64,000 nt of DNA from the human T2T-CHM13v2.0 reference genome, Homo sapiens. The translations under genes were made by a program, and so were the position numbers. The DNA lies in assembly GCF_009914755.1 (NCBI RefSeq), contig NC_060928.1; one strand, written 5' to 3'. The notes under the pieces were generated by a model. That model saw only the letters and a list, made by a program, of their open reading frames with translations. It did not search any database and was not told the DNA's origin. Each line of letters begins with the position of its first letter. Position 1 is the first letter of the stretch. Below are positions 1 through 17,340 of the stretch, piece by piece.

Positions 1-71
1 TTTTTTTCTTCATATAATGACTCTTTTTTTGGTGGGGGGATAGATACACAGTAATGGCATTGCTGTATTGA

Positions 72-388
<317 letters not shown>

Positions 389-2130
389 TCAACAGTGTTT
401 TATAGTTCTCCTTGTACGGACATTTTATCTTCCTGGTTAAGTATGTTCTTAGGTATTATATTTTTTTGCAGTTAAAAAAGTGATGGAATTTTTAAATTTG
501 ATTCTCAGCTTGGATGTTATTGCTGTATAACTGTGCTACTGATTTGTGTATATTGATTTTGTAACCTGAGATGTAACTAAATTTGTTTATCAAATCTAGG
601 AGTCTTTTGAAGAAATCTTTAGAGTTTTCTAGGTATACAATCATATCATAAGTGAACAGTGATAGTTTGACTTCATCTTTTTCAACTTGGATGTCTTTCA
701 TTTCTTTTTTTTCCCCTGATTGCTCTGACTAGGACTTCCAGTTCTATATTGAATAGAAGTGATAAAAGTGGGCATCCTTGTCTTGTTCCAGTTCTCAGAG
801 GGAATTTCAGCATTTCCCCATTGAGTATAATGTTGGCTGTGAGTTTGTCCTATATGGCTTTTATTACTTTGAGGTAAGTCCCTTCTATGCCTAATTTGTT
901 GAAGGTATTTATTATAAAGCATTGCTGCATATTATCAAATACTTTTTCTGCATCCATTGAGATGATTATGTGGCTTTTGTTTTTAAATCTGTTTATGTGA
1001 TGTATTCCATTTATTGACTTGCATATGTTAAAACATCCCTGTATCCCTGGGATGAAACTCACTTGACCAGGATGTATTATCTTTTTGAGGTGCTATTGGA
1101 GTCAGTTAGCTAGTATTTTGTTGAGAATTTTTGCATCTCTGTTCATCAGGGATATTAGTCTGTAGATTTTTTTGTTTTTTGTTATGTCATTTATTAGTCT
1201 GTAGTTTTGTTGTTGTTGTTATATCATTTTCTAGATACTGGCTTCACAGAATGATTTAGGAAGAATTCCCTCTTTCTTTATTTTTGGGAATCATTTCAGT
1301 GGGAATAATTGATACTAATTATTCTCTGAGTGTGTGGTATAATTCAGCTCTGAATTCTTCTGGACCTGTATATTTTGTTGTTGGTGGTAATTTCTTTAAT
1401 TTCTAATTCAATCCCACTGTTACTGGTCTGTTCAGGGTTTCTACTTCTTCCTGATTTAATCTAGAAGGGTTTTATGCTTCCAGGAATTTATCTATTTCCT
1501 CTAAATTTTTTAGTTGTGTGTGTAACAGTGATCATAGTAGCCTTGAATAATTTTTTGGATTTCTCTGGTATTGGTTGTAATACCTCCTGCTTCATTCCTA
1601 ATTAAGCTTGTTTGGATATTCTCTCTTATTTTCTTGGTTAATCTCACTAATGGTCTATTAATTTTGTTTATCTTTTCAAAAAACCAGCTTTTTATTTCAT
1701 TTCACTTACCTTTTGTATTTTTTGTTGTAATTTCATTTAGTTCTGCTCTGATCCTTCCTATTTCTTTCTTTCTGATGGCTTTGGGTTTAGTTTGTTCTTG
1801 TTTCTAGTGTTTCTTGAGTTGTGACAATATAGATTGTCAATTTGTGCTCTTTCAGCCTTTTTGATGTAGGCATTTAATGCTATGAACCTTAGTCTTAGCA
1901 CTACTTTTGCTGTTTCCCAGAAATTTTGATCACTCTGTCACTATTATCATTCATTTTAAATAATTTATTAATTTCCATCTTGATTTTTACCCAAAAATCA
2001 TTGAAGAGCAAATTACTTAGTTTTCATGTATTTATATAGCTTTGAGGGTTCTTTTTGGAGTTGATTTCCAGTTTTACTTCACTATGGTCTAAGAAGATAC
2101 TTGATATGATTTTGATTTTCCTGATTTTAC
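389..2130 (-). mobile_element. L1 ORF2 fragment (older primate L1)
   Basis: Minus-strand ORFs 492..701 and 850..1062 give L1 RT motifs ([17 protein letters not shown]; [11 protein letters not shown]). Boundaries are approximate. Confidence 0.85.
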
Positions 2131-2730
2131 AGAGAACAATTTTACTGATTTATTTATCAGATCTAACAATTTTTAAATGAAATCCTTGGGTTTTTCTAGA
2201 TATTATACTATGTCAAATGCAATGAAGAATAACTTGACTTATTTATTTCCAATTTGAATGCACTTTATTTTATTATTATTATTTTTTGCTCCTAATTGCA
2301 CTAACAACATCTTCTGGTATTATGTTATATAAGAGGACTGACAGTGGGCATCTTTCTCTTGTTCCAGTCCCTAGGAAACATTCTTTAATTTTTTTCTTGT
2401 TCAGTATGATTTTAGTCATGGATCATATATGGCCTTTATCATTTTGGAGAATGTTTCCTCTAAAGTCATTTTGATGGTTTGGTGATCTAAAACCATTATA
2501 ATTTATTATATAGGGATTTGGATTTTTATGGGCTTTTTTTAGCATGTACTGAAATAATCCTATAATTCTTGGATCTGTTAATACGGTGGGTCATGTTTAC
2601 TGATTTGCATGTATTGAAACATCCTTCCCTCCTCCCTTGCACGAATTCTGTGTTACCCTAGAAAATTATCTTCTTAATGTATTATTAGTTTGGTTTGCTT
2701 GTATTTTTTGAGGACTTTTGCATCTACACT

Positions 2731-5336
<2,606 letters not shown>

Positions 5337-5862
5337 ATACTCATCAGTGATACTGGCTTGTAGTTTTATTGTTTTGTTATGCCCATGCTTTGTTTTTGTG
5401 TAAGAGTAACATTATCCTCATAGAATGAGTTTGAATTATTCCCTTTTTTTTTTATTTCTCTTTTTCTTTTCTTTTTTTTTTTTTGAAAAGGTTGAGTCAG
5501 ATTGGTATCAAGCTGTTACATGTTGGGTATAATTCAAAAGTGGGATCATAAGTTTCTGAACCTTTTTATTTTGATGAAAGACATTTTATTACTTCAATAA
5601 CAGCTTCAATCCCTTGCCCATTATTATTTGTTTGATGTTTTCAACCGCTTTATAGTTCAATCTTAGTAAGTTTTGAGTCCAGAAATTCATATATTTCTTC
5701 TAGGTTTACTATTAATTTATCATAACAATTCTAATAGTTTTGTATTATTTTGGTCTCAGTTTTTATGTCTCTTCTTTTTCCATTTCTGATGGTTTTTATT
5801 TGCATCTTGTCTATGTTTTTCTTGCTTAACTTAGCTAAAGGTTTGTTAACATCATTGATCTT

Positions 5863-6595
5863 TGAAACAAGTCAGGGTCACTGGTCTGGTTGTCTAAGGT
5901 GTTATCAGAGCTTGTGATCTCAGGACCAAAAAAATTAAGAAGCGTGGTTACAAAGGGTGAGGTTGGAGCAAAAATTTAATAACAAAAAAACAAAGCTCTC
6001 GGCAGTGGAGAGGGTTCCCTGATGGTTGCTGTGTTACGGTTGTATTCAAAAGCTCTTATGAGGAACTGCTTTCATCTCTGTAACTGAGTAACTTTTCTTA
6101 TCTATAAAACTGCCTGCATAGTTTCATCTCTGTAACTGAGTAACTTTTCTTATCTATAAAACCGCCTGCATATCTCCCAGTTATTCTCTGTCATTGTGGA
6201 TATGTCTCCAGGAAAGCACAAAGTGCTGTTTCTTGCGTTTGTATAATGATGGGTTTGTTTTAGGTACACCCCCCTCCTCTCTTTGCAAATTCCCATGGAG
6301 CCCACTGTGTACATGTCTGAAAAGGGGAGGACACTTTTTCCTGGGAGCTTACTAATCATACAAAGAGCAAAGGGTTTCTATGCTGGACATTGCATGCCTT
6401 GCCTGCTTATCTGTGGCTTATCTGTGCAGGTGCACTGTAGCTGTGATTTTTTTTTTAGGCAGGCAGCTTCTGCAGTCTGAGTTTTTCCCCAAGCTGCTCT
6501 ATTTTTCCTGTAGTTGTGAGTTTTCAGGAAGGCAGCATTTTTGAGGACCAGCCTTAATTGTTTACTTAACTGATTTTCTCTTTTCTTCTCCATCA
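5863..6595 (-). mobile_element. ERV1-class solo LTR (MER50-like, ~730 bp)
   Basis: TG...CA termini and 4-bp TSD tctt (5859-5862 / 6596-6599), interrupting L1. Family name is from memory. Confidence 0.75.
6070..6172. repeat. Tandem duplication, 2 x 51 bp (period 52)
   Basis: tttcatctctgtaactgagtaacttttcttatctataaaac(t/c)gcctgcata at 6070-6120 and 6122-6172, with one mismatch. Confidence 0.95.
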
Positions 6596-8200
6596 TCTTC
6601 ACAAAAAAACAACTTTTTGTTTCATAGATCTTTTGTATTGTGTTTATTTTAGCCTCAAATTTATTTAACTGTGTTCTGGTCTTTATAATTTCTTTCTTTC
6701 TATTAGCTTTGGGTTTGGTTTGTTCCTGCTTTTTTAGTTCTTTGATGTATAGTATTAGGTTATTTGAAGTCTTTCAACTTTTTTGATACAGATGTTTGTT
6801 ACAAGAAACTTTCTTCTTACAGTTTTTTTGGCCATCTTCCATAGATGTTGGTATGCTGTACTTCCATTTTCATTTGTCTCACAAAATTTTTAAATTTTCT
6901 TCTTAATAACTTCATTGACATGTTTGTCATTTAGCAGTATGTTTAATTTCCATGTGTTCATGTCTGTTTTCCAGATTCTTCTTTTAATTTATTTTTTGTT
7001 TTATTTCATTGTGGTCAGAAAATATACTTCATATGATACTTGTGTTTTTGAATTTGTACAGGCTTGTTTGGTAGCCTATCATAGAATTAAGGGAGACATT
7101 TTTTGTGCTAATAAAAAGAATGTCTATTCTACAGCAATTATGTGAAACTTTCTGTATATGTCAGTTAGGCCCTTCATATCTAGTGTGTACTTTAACTCTG
7201 ATGTTTCTGTGTTGATTTTCTTCCTGGATAATCTTTCCATTACAGAGAATGGGGTGTTAAAGTCTCCTACTATTGCTGTGTTGCATGCTAGTTTTGCCTT
7301 TAGGTCTGTTAATGTTTGCTTTACATGCTTGAGAGCTCAGGTTTTGGTAAGTATAATGACTAAATCTTGCTAAACTGACCCCTTCATTATCATGTAGTTA
7401 CTGTCTTTGTTTTTTGTTTTTTTTTTCCCGTCTGATTTGTAATCTGTTTATAACTACACCTGTACTTTTCTGGTTTCTAGTTGCATGGAATATATTTTGC
7501 CATCCCTTCACTTTCAGTCTATGTATGGCTTTATAAGTGAAGTGGGTTTCTTTAAGGCAGCATGATTCTTTATTCAGCCATTCTATGTCTTTTAACTGAG
7601 AACTGAGACAATTTACATCCATTTTTATTATTGACAAGTAAGGCTTACTAGAGCCATTTTGTTGATTGTTTACTGTTTGTTTTTAGACTCCTCTCTTCCT
7701 TCCTTCCTGTCTTTCTTCATAATTAGGTGATTGTCTCTGGTAGTATATTTCAAGTTGCTGCTTTTTAAGTACATCAATGATAGATTTCTTAACTGTGGTT
7801 ACCAGTAGACTTACAGAAAACCATTTTAGAGATATGGCATGTTATTTTAAAGAGATCACAACTTAGATTGCAAATAAAATTATAAAATAAATAAGGGCAA
7901 AAGTCACAGAAAATGTATATACTTTAACTCAATCACCTACCCATTTTGACTCATAGTTATCTTGATTTACATATTTGTATATCATCTGTTTCTTAACCGG
8001 TTGCTATAGTTGTTATGTTTTCTGGGATAGGTGAAATGCAGAACACAAATTCAGTACTAGCTTATTCTGGGTTTTTGCATGTACTCAATTTTACCACTTG
8101 TTTTTATACCTTGAAAAGTTACTTTTTGCATGATAGTGTTTTACTCTTTCTGACTGAAGAGCTCCCATTAGCATTTTTTGCAAGATGGGTCTGGTGGTGG

Positions 8201-10134
8201 AGTCTCAGGACTTTTCCTTAGTTCAGCTAAAGATGGGATCCTTGTCTGTCCCATGGCCACAAAAATTTAGGCTCACAGATGGTTTGAATGTCGAGGACTC
8301 TGAAAGGCCAGAGTCCCCCTGCTAGAGTGCTTCCTGCCCAAAGCTTGAATCCCAGCTTCCACACAGAAAGAGGAGGGGCCTGGCTCTTCCCCACTGCAAA
8401 TGGCACAAACTTGCTGAGGTTCCACCCCAGTGAACATTCTTCTCAGTGTTCAAGCTCTTTGGAGATTCCCTGGGGACCACCTCCTACCTGGCTGTCTCTT
8501 TCCCCCTTGTAAAGAAGTACATCTGAATGCTATTTGAAAGAGCATAAGGAAGATCAATCTTTACTGCTTCCTGCTGACAAGGGGTGCTGTTTTTGGGAAA
8601 TGGTGGTCAGAGCTCACTCACAGGCCTATCTAAGAGTTCCCCCAGCAGAAAGGGCCATTGTCAGAGACTCTGCTTGCATTATTGTTTGGAGTTTGATGCC
8701 CTGAAGGCAAGAACAGACAAACTAGGTTATTAGAAAACATGTATCAAAATGAAACAAGGGGAGGAGTAAGGATAGCTCAAAAATTCTGAGGCCTTTTATC
8801 ACTTTGCACAGGGAGAGAAAGGCCAAAAGCCAGACTGGTAAAATACCCTTTTGCTGGCATGTTGGTCTTCTGGGTTCCCTTCTTCTGGGCCCAATCTTTA
8901 GCCAACCAGCTTAAGGTTTGGAAAGTTAACTCTTTCCAGTTTGGAAGATGCATCTGAGGGGAATGTCCCAGAATACGGAGACATAATTACCTATCCGTGA
9001 AGAGAGAACAGAGGAGAAGAAAGGAAAAAGAAGGCACCTTTTAAAGAAGTCCCAGGGGGTCATGATGCATTCAAAATGGGTACAGACTGAAGGTGAATGG
9101 CTACTCACCTAGGAAGAGGGTGGCAGGTGTCCCTAGTTCTCTTCTCTTTCTAGCAGATACCTGGGGTACATGAGGGAGAAAGAGCATCCTCTTTTCTTCT
9201 TCCGTCCTTGCTTCCCCGAGTGCTGGTAACCTTGGTATGTGCTGAAACAGGTGTCAAAGCAACATGCACCCATGAACCAGTGGGGCCTAGGGGGTGAGAA
9301 CATTCACTCTTACCCACTTACCCACATACACCCTATCTCCCCTGCTTTCAGTAGTCTGGGAGTCCCTAGACCTCATCTATGCCATGGATACTAACAAGGC
9401 TTTTATCCATGAACCAGGGAGCTTGGGCTTCACTTAATTGGCAGGAAACAGCCACACTCACCTGCACTGTGCATTTTGTTGCACAAAGTAGGGGCTTATC
9501 CTGCCTTAGGGACTGACTCTTTTTCAGGTTTGATATCTGCATGTTTTCCTTGGCCTGGCTCTTATAAAACCCCACCCAGGAACTGGGTTTTCTCCTGCCT
9601 GTCTGCGTGTGTGTTATGTGTAATGTCTGCAGAAAGAGCTCTAAATGATTTTGGCCTGAAAAAGACAAACACTTGCATCTAATATTTTTTAAAGAGAAGT
9701 TAAAAACTGTGGTACCGTTCAGTTCACGTGACTTTAATCTTTGAGAAATAGGAAGAGGCTTAAAGATTAATGGTAAAAAGCAGATGTCATTACAGTGTAA
9801 ATAGGTGGACTAAATAACGCAATGGTGTCTTTGTCCATCTCAGGGCCATGAAAATTTAGGCTGGCAGATGGTTCAACAGGTGAGTAAAGCAGGGTTTTAT
9901 TGGGTGAAAAGGAAAAAAAAAGGGGAAACAGGGATCTTCCACAAGGCTGGAGACCCCTGCCAGAGTGCTTCCCACTAGCAGCTTGAATCCCAGGTTCCAC
10001 ATGGGATATTTGCCGGGCTCCTCCCTGTTGCAAACAGTGCAAAATTCCTGAGGTTCCACCCCAGTGCACATTCCTCCCAGTGCACAGGCTTGTTGGAGAT
10101 TCTCTGGGGACCTCCTTCTCCTCTGACTAGCTCA
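8201..10134 (-). mobile_element. Internally deleted ERV1 (MER4-group, MER61-like) provirus with two LTRs
   Basis: Direct repeats at ~8201-8498 and ~9822-10134 (share cctgaggttccaccccagtg- and ttggagattc-like blocks). Polypurine tract as ttcccccttg at ~8500. 4-bp TSD gtgg (8197-8200 / 10135-10138). Confidence 0.8.
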
Positions 10135-11491
10135 GTGGTCAATTCTATGTTTTGTTTGCCTGGTAAATACTTCATCTCTCATTTATATTTGATTGATAAT
10201 TATTTTTGTTTCAATATTTTTTGGTGGCATCCTTTTGTGTTGAGCACTTTGAAAACATCATTCCAGTCCTTCCTGGTCTGTATAGTTTCTTTTGGGAAGT
10301 CTATCTCCATAAATATTGGCGCTGTTTTATATGTTATTTGCTTTCACTTGCTGATTTCAATCTTTTTTCTTTAATGTATTTTTTTTTGTCCTTTGTGACT
10401 TTGATTATTTTGTTAATTGGGGTAGTCTTATTTGGGTTTGCATTGTGTTCTAAGACCTTTCTGTACCTGGACATTTTATGTTTCTCAAGTTTTGAAAAGT
10501 TTTTTGTTACTATTTTTTTGAATGAGCGTTCTACCCTTGCTCTTACTCACATCTCTCTTGAACACCAATAATTCTTAGACTGGGTCTTTTGAAGTAATTT
10601 TCTATATTTTGTAGGTGGCACTTGCTTTTTTATTCTCTCTTGACTTTTTAAAAATAAAATAACGAGTCTTAGAGCTCACAGATTCTTTTCTGGGCTTGGA
10701 TCATTCTGTGGTTTAAGACCTCTAATGGATTTTGAATTCAGCAAATGCATTTCTTAGTTCCAAGATTTCTGATTGATTTCTTTGTATTATTTTAACCTTT
10801 TTGTTAAATTTCTCGGATAAATTTCTGAAATAACTTCCTGTGTTAACTTAGACATTACTAAGTTTTCTTAAAACTGCTATTTTGTATTCTGGGTCAGAGA
10901 GCTCAGAAATTGGGTTATCTTATTAGTGTCAATCACTAGATTTTTGCATTGTCCTTTTGGAGAGGTCCTGGTTCCCTGTTCTCTGTTGTTTCTTGTGAAT
11001 ATATGCATGCCTTTGCATTGAAGGATTATTTGTTCCATTTTTTTTCTGTCTTTTTTTAATGGAATATATTTGCTTAGAAAATCTTTACCGAAAAGTCACT
11101 GCATTCACTTTAGTTCTAGGTGACATGTTAAGCCCAGGTTTACCTCAGCTCATGTGAATGATTAGAGCTCTGCCTGTCCCAAGTGATGGGGGTTCCAAAT
11201 GGATTATCCTGGAAGTGTGAGAACACTGCCTAAGGGCTTGTTCCCAGTATACCTAAAGAACTTACATCCTACAGCATGCTGTTGCTAAGCAACTACTCTG
11301 ATTTGAGGTCAATTTTTGGCTGAGTTACGGAGAAGAGTTTCCATGTCTAAGAGGTTGGTAGTCCTGCCTCTCTTTTTTGTCTCTGCCTGTCCTCAGGAAT
11401 GTTTCTCCCTTCATGCACTCATAACATTTCCACTGGGTTAAGGAAAGACAGGTCTACCAGGGAACTTGATAAGATGGGGAAGCTTAGTGAC

Positions 11492-11899
11492 CATATCAGT
11501 TTGTCTTTCTCTCATTTATATAAAAATTACTTGACATTGAGTAATTTATAAAGTAAAGAGGCTTAATTGCCTCACATTCTGTATGCTATACAGGAAGCAT
11601 AGTGGCTTCTACCTCTCAGGAGGCCTCAGGAAGCTTGCAATCATAGTGGAAGGCAAAAGGGCAGTCAACACCTCATATGGCCAGAGCAAGAGGAAGGGAG
11701 TTGTAGGAGGTGCTACACACTTTTAAACAAACAGATCTCTTGAGAATGCTGTTACAAGAACAGCACCAAAGGGATAGTGCTGAATCATTCATGAAAGATC
11801 CACCTGATGATCCAATCACCTCCCAGAAAACCCATCTCCAACACTGGTGATTACAACTGAAAATGAGATTTGGGTGGGGACACAGATCCAAATCATATT
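11492..11899 (-). mobile_element. MaLR solo LTR (MSTB-like)
   Basis: Contains gtaatttataaag..agaggcttaattg, caggaagcat, and tgagatttgggtggggacacagatccaaa, all characteristic of MST LTRs. Confidence 0.8.
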
Positions 11900-12752
11900 G
11901 TAAATCATGAATTGGAGATAGATATTCTGCGTTTTTGGTGCAGAGCAGAGTTGCAAGTTAGGGGCATTATTAATGTAGACATAGACATATAATTCCCCTA
12001 CGTAGTGTCTACTCAGACTTTTTCTACTTTTATGACACTGGGAAATGTGTTATCCTCTTAATTAAGCTTTTGGTTGTTGTGGTGTAGATCTCAGTGCCAT
12101 ATGTTTGTTTTGTTTTGTTTTGCATGAAGAAAAAAAGGCTGCTTGTCTCTACTCTGCCATTTTGGAACCAGAAGTCTCTTGCTCCGTATATTCTTAATAA
12201 ACGTTTCTTATCAGATATATGAATTAGAACTTTTTAAATTCTACTTATCATCAGTACACTTTTTTGATGGTGTCCTTTCAAGAACAAACATATTCATTTA
12301 TAAGAATATCAGTTTATCCATTTTAACTTAGTTTTTTGTGACTTTGTTGCCTTGTCCTAGAAACCATTGCCAAATTGAAGATAGAAAAGATTTACTTTTT
12401 CTATTCTGGGTTTTGTACTTCTGTTTGTTAACTTTGGGTTGTTGATGTATTTTAAATTAGTTCTTTATGTGTTGTCAGAGAAAGTGTATCTTGTTTTTTT
12501 GGCCTTTGGATAATCAGTCTCCCAGAAGTATTTGTGGAAAATATTGTTGTTTTCCTATTCAATAGTTTGACGTCTTTCTCAAAAATTAAGTCACCACTGT
12601 GTAAAAGGATTTCTGGATTCTAAAATCTGTTCCATTTATTTATATGGTGATCTGTGTTCCTGTGTCACACTCTTATAACTATTGATGATATGTTGTTGGT
12701 TGAAAATCGGAAATGCAAGGACTAAATTATTTTTCAAAATATTACTGGTTAT

Positions 12753-12810
12753 TGAGATTGTGCCACTGCACTCCAGCCTGGCCACAGAGCAAGACTCTGT
12801 CTCAAAAAAA
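12753..12810 (+). mobile_element. 5'-truncated Alu (last ~50 nt plus A-tail)
   Basis: gagattgtgccactgcactccagcctggccacagagcaagactctgtctcaaaaaaa. Confidence 0.9.
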
Positions 12811-12812
12811 TT

Positions 12813-12863
<51 letters not shown>

Positions 12864-12965
12864 GTGTGTGTATATATATATAGTGTGTATATATATAGTG
12901 TGTATATATATAGTATATATACACACACACACGTATGTGTATGTGTGTATATATATATATATATC
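12811..12965. repeat. (TA)n/(TG)n/(CA)n compound microsatellite
   Basis: Directly visible, following the Alu tail. Confidence 0.95.
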
Positions 12966-13162
12966 TCGCTATTTTTTGGTCTCCTGTATATCTATATTAA
13001 TTTAGAATGAGCATGTTTATTTCTGTAAAGAACCCAGCTGGGAATTTAATATGGATTTTGGTTAATTTGTTTATTAATTAAGATTTTCAATTGAGGAATA
13101 TGAGATTTTATTTATTCATTAAGAATTTTATTCCTCAATATTTAGTAACTTTTACAATTTAA

Positions 13163-13475
<313 letters not shown>

Positions 13476-13871
13476 TAAGTTTTGCAATTCTTTTAATGTT
13501 TTTCCTGTTTTTTTAAAATAATTTTTGATTATATTTTATGTAGGATTTTTGAACATGTTATTTTCTTCTGTATTGTTCAATTATGTAACAATACAATTAA
13601 TATTTGAAGGTTGACCGTTAGTCCTAAAAATGTGCTTATTTTGTTGTTGATCTAATATTTTCTAGGAAAGTCTAAGATATTCTTTACATAAGGTCATGCC
13701 TTTTGTCAACAAAGAGAGTGTACTTATTTCTTACCTTCTAATAAGGATTATTTTTGTTTTGTGTTACTTCCTATTTGCTTTGGCTGGAATCTCCAATATA
13801 ATGTTGAATAGAAGTAATAAGAATGAATGTCTAGTCTTTTCCTTATTTTAGAAAAAAATGAGTTAATCTTC

Positions 13872-16001
13872 ATAATAGGTGTCTCCAGACAAAAAGAGCC
13901 ATGTATGAATACACACACATTAGTACACACCTATGAGGGAGGATTTTATTGTAGGAATTTGCTTAGGCTGAGAAATATTATGATATACACTTACACACTT
14001 TATATTTAGGAAAGCTGATGCTGTAATTCAATCTGAGACTGAAGGCCTTAGAACTAGGAGAAATAGTTGTGTAATTATTTGTCTGAGGATGATGGCCTTA
14101 GAACTTAAGGAGCTACAAGTGGGGTTTACTAGTGCAAACCCTAGTGTCCAATGGCCCAATATCCAGAAGCCTCAAATAAAGAAGGCAGAATAATATTAAT
14201 GTCCCAGCCAAAGAAAAGAGAAATATTTGTCTTCTTCTGCCTTTTGCTCTATTTGGGTTCTTAACGGATTGGATGATACCTGCCCACAATCATGAGAGAT
14301 ATCTTTAGTCAGTCTACTGATTTAAATACTAATCTCTTTTTAAAGTATTGTAACGTTTGTCACAGAATCATAAAAATATCTATCCTAAAATTCATACAAA
14401 CCCCAAAATAGCCAAATAAATCATAAACTAAAAGAAGAAAGCCAGAGGCATCAAATTACCTAATTTCAAAGGATATTAAAAGCCTGTAGTAACTAAAACA
14501 GCATGGTAGTAGTACAAAAACAGAGACATAGAGCAATGGAACAGAATAGAGAACCAAATAATAAAGCCACACACCTACTGCCACCTGATTTTTAATGAAG
14601 TCAGGAATAACAAGCAATGAAGAAAGAACCCTCTATTCAATAAATGATGCTGTGATAATTGTATAGTCATATGCAGAAGACTGAAATTTGACCTCTTCCT
14701 TTCACCACATACAGATATCAACTCAAGGTGTATTAAATACTTAAATGTAAAATCTAAGACTATATAAATATGAGAAGAAAACCTCAGAAATACCATCCTG
14801 GATACAAGCCCTGGCCAAAGTTTTATGACAATTACCCCAAAAGGAAATTGTAACAAAAAAAAAATTGACAAGTGAGACCTAATTAAACTAAAGAACTTGT
14901 GCACAGAAAAACATTCAATAACATAAACAGATAACCTACAGAATAGGAGAAAACATTTCAATACTATGCATCCAACAAAGGACTAATGTTTAGAATCTAG
15001 AAGGAACTTAAACAAATTAACAAGCAAAAAAGAAAAATCCCACTAAAGAGTGGCCAAAAGAGAACAGACACTTCTCAAGAATAAGTACACATGGCCAACA
15101 AGCATATGAAAAAATACTCAACATTACTAATCATCAGAGAAATGAAAATCATAAAAACCACTATAAGATACCATCCCCCCTAGTCAGAATGAATATCATT
15201 AAAAAGCACAAAATGACAGGTGTTGGCAAGATTAGGGAGAAAAGAGGATGCTCATACACTGTTCGTGGGAATGTAAATTAGTTCAGCCACTGTAGAAAGC
15301 AGTTTGAAGATTTTTCAAATAACCTAAAATAGAATTACCATTTTACCCATCAATCGCATTACTGGGTATATACCCAAAGGACTGTAAGTTGTTCTACCAG
15401 AAAGACACATGCACACCTACGTTTATCAACAGCATCACAGTACTATTCATAATAGCAAAAACATGGAATCAATCTATATGCCCAACAATGGTGGCCTGGA
15501 TAAAGAAAATATGGTACACATATAAATGATGGAATACTATGCAGCAATGAAAAAAAAACAAAATCATGTCTCTTGAGCAACACAGATGCAGCTGGAATTC
15601 ATTACCCTAGGCAAATTACCACCAGAAAGGAAAACCAAATACCACATATTCTCAGTTGTAAGTGGGAACTAAACATTGAGTACCTATGGACAAAGAGAAA
15701 GGAATAATAGGCAATGGGAAATATGTGAAAGTGTAGAATGAGAGATCTATGAGAATCAAAAAACTACCTACCAGGTACTGTATTAACTATCTTGGTGATG
15801 AAATAATTTTTACACAAAAACCCTGTGACATGAAATTTACTCATGAAGAAGTTGACACTTTAACCTTCTGAACCTAAAGTAAAATTTAGAGGAGGAAAAA
15901 TGAAATGCTCTCACAGATAAATCCAGAAATAATTTTTTTTTTTTTTAGCTATTTGGTAATCTCTTAAACCAGTCAAGTTGACACATAAAATTAACCATCA
16001 T
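13872..16001 (-). mobile_element. ERVL LTR (MLT2-like) split by an L1
   Basis: Left part ~13872-14340 (ggtgtctccagac...aatctcttt). Right part ~15902-16001, ending gtcaagttgacacataaaattaaccatca. Confidence 0.75.
14345..15900 (+). mobile_element. 5'-truncated L1 (L1PB/L1MA-like 3' end)
   Basis: ORF2 C-terminal motifs (aaacagcatggtagtagtacaaaaacagagacatagagcaatggaacagaatagag) followed by 3' UTR. Confidence 0.85.
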
Positions 16002-17340
16002 AGTTGTGCAATTATTTTTTGTGGCATTTATATTGTGCAATATATTTTATGGCATTTTCAGTGCAATTGTATTATTTTATATTGGATAATTAGAATTATG
16101 TAAATATATTGATTTTTATATATCAATCTTTTATCCTGACAAGGTTATTTATTTGTTTTTGATCTAATATTTTATACTAGATTTATTAAGATATTCTCTA
16201 TGTAAAGTTGTATCATGTACTGACATATGTAATTGTATTAACTTCTTTTTCAATATGCATGTTTCTTATTTTCTGTCATTGTCTAATTGCCTTAGCTTAA
16301 ATATACAATGGAATATTGTCCTAAAATGATAAATAGATCTCTTCATCTTGTTTTTTATCTTAGGTAGTATTTCACTGATACACATAATAATAGTTTTAGA
16401 CTTTTCATAGCTGTCTTTTATCAGTTTCATGACATTTAACATCATTCTGGTTTTATTGAATATTTTTATTTTTTATTATAAGTCTATTTCTATTTTCAGT
16501 TTCTGTCAATTGCATATCATAGTTAGTGTCTTTTGAGAGATTTGCTCATTTTATTGAGTTATATGATTTGTTGGTATGCATTTGCTCCTAGCAATGTACT
16601 GTAATATTTTGTATTTCTGTATAGTGTGTAGTAATGTGTAGTCTTTCATATCTGATTTTAATAATGGGAGTCTTCTCTTTTATGAGAGGTAAGTCTACAT
16701 AAATACTCTTTGTTTTATTTAATTTTGTTAATCTTTTGAATGTACCAAATTTTGGTTTTATTTCCTTTGTTGTTTTTATTCTTTCATTTGCTTATTTTAG
16801 CAATAATCACTATTTCTTTTCTTCTGCTTTGGGGGGTTTGTTCATTTTTTCTAGTTCCTTAAAGTATAAAATTGCATATTAATTAAAAATTTTTGTCTAA
16901 TTAATGTAGGCATTTTAAGGTCATAAATTGTCCTCTAAATATTGCTTTTTAATAAATTTTGGTGTATTTGTTTTTAATATTCTTAAACTTTGTTCTGTTT
17001 TCTTTTGATTTTATCTTTGTTATTTTGAATTATGTTGTTTAATGTGTAATCATTTGTGAATTTCTCAATTTTTTAAAACTGCTGACATTGAAGGTTATTC
17101 CTTTGTATTTTCAGAAAATAACACATACTATTTCAATCCTCTTAAACTTATTGAGGCTTTTCCGGTCAAGTGATGATTTGTTTTGGAAATATTAATATGC
17201 ACTTGATAATATTAAATATGTAGCTGCTTTTTGGAGTGTGTTATAGTTGTGTGTTAGAGCTAGAAGATTTATAGTGTTCTTCTAGTATTCTATTTCCTTG
17301 TTGATCTTTTTTTAAATTTTTGTGTATTTTTAAGAGTGAA
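16002..17340 (-). mobile_element. Ancient L1M ORF2 fragments
   Basis: T-rich, degenerate antisense L1 motifs. Confidence 0.55.

Noticed and set aside
12636-13005. ORFs rich in IY/YI repeats
   Set aside because: Translation of the (TA)n microsatellite.
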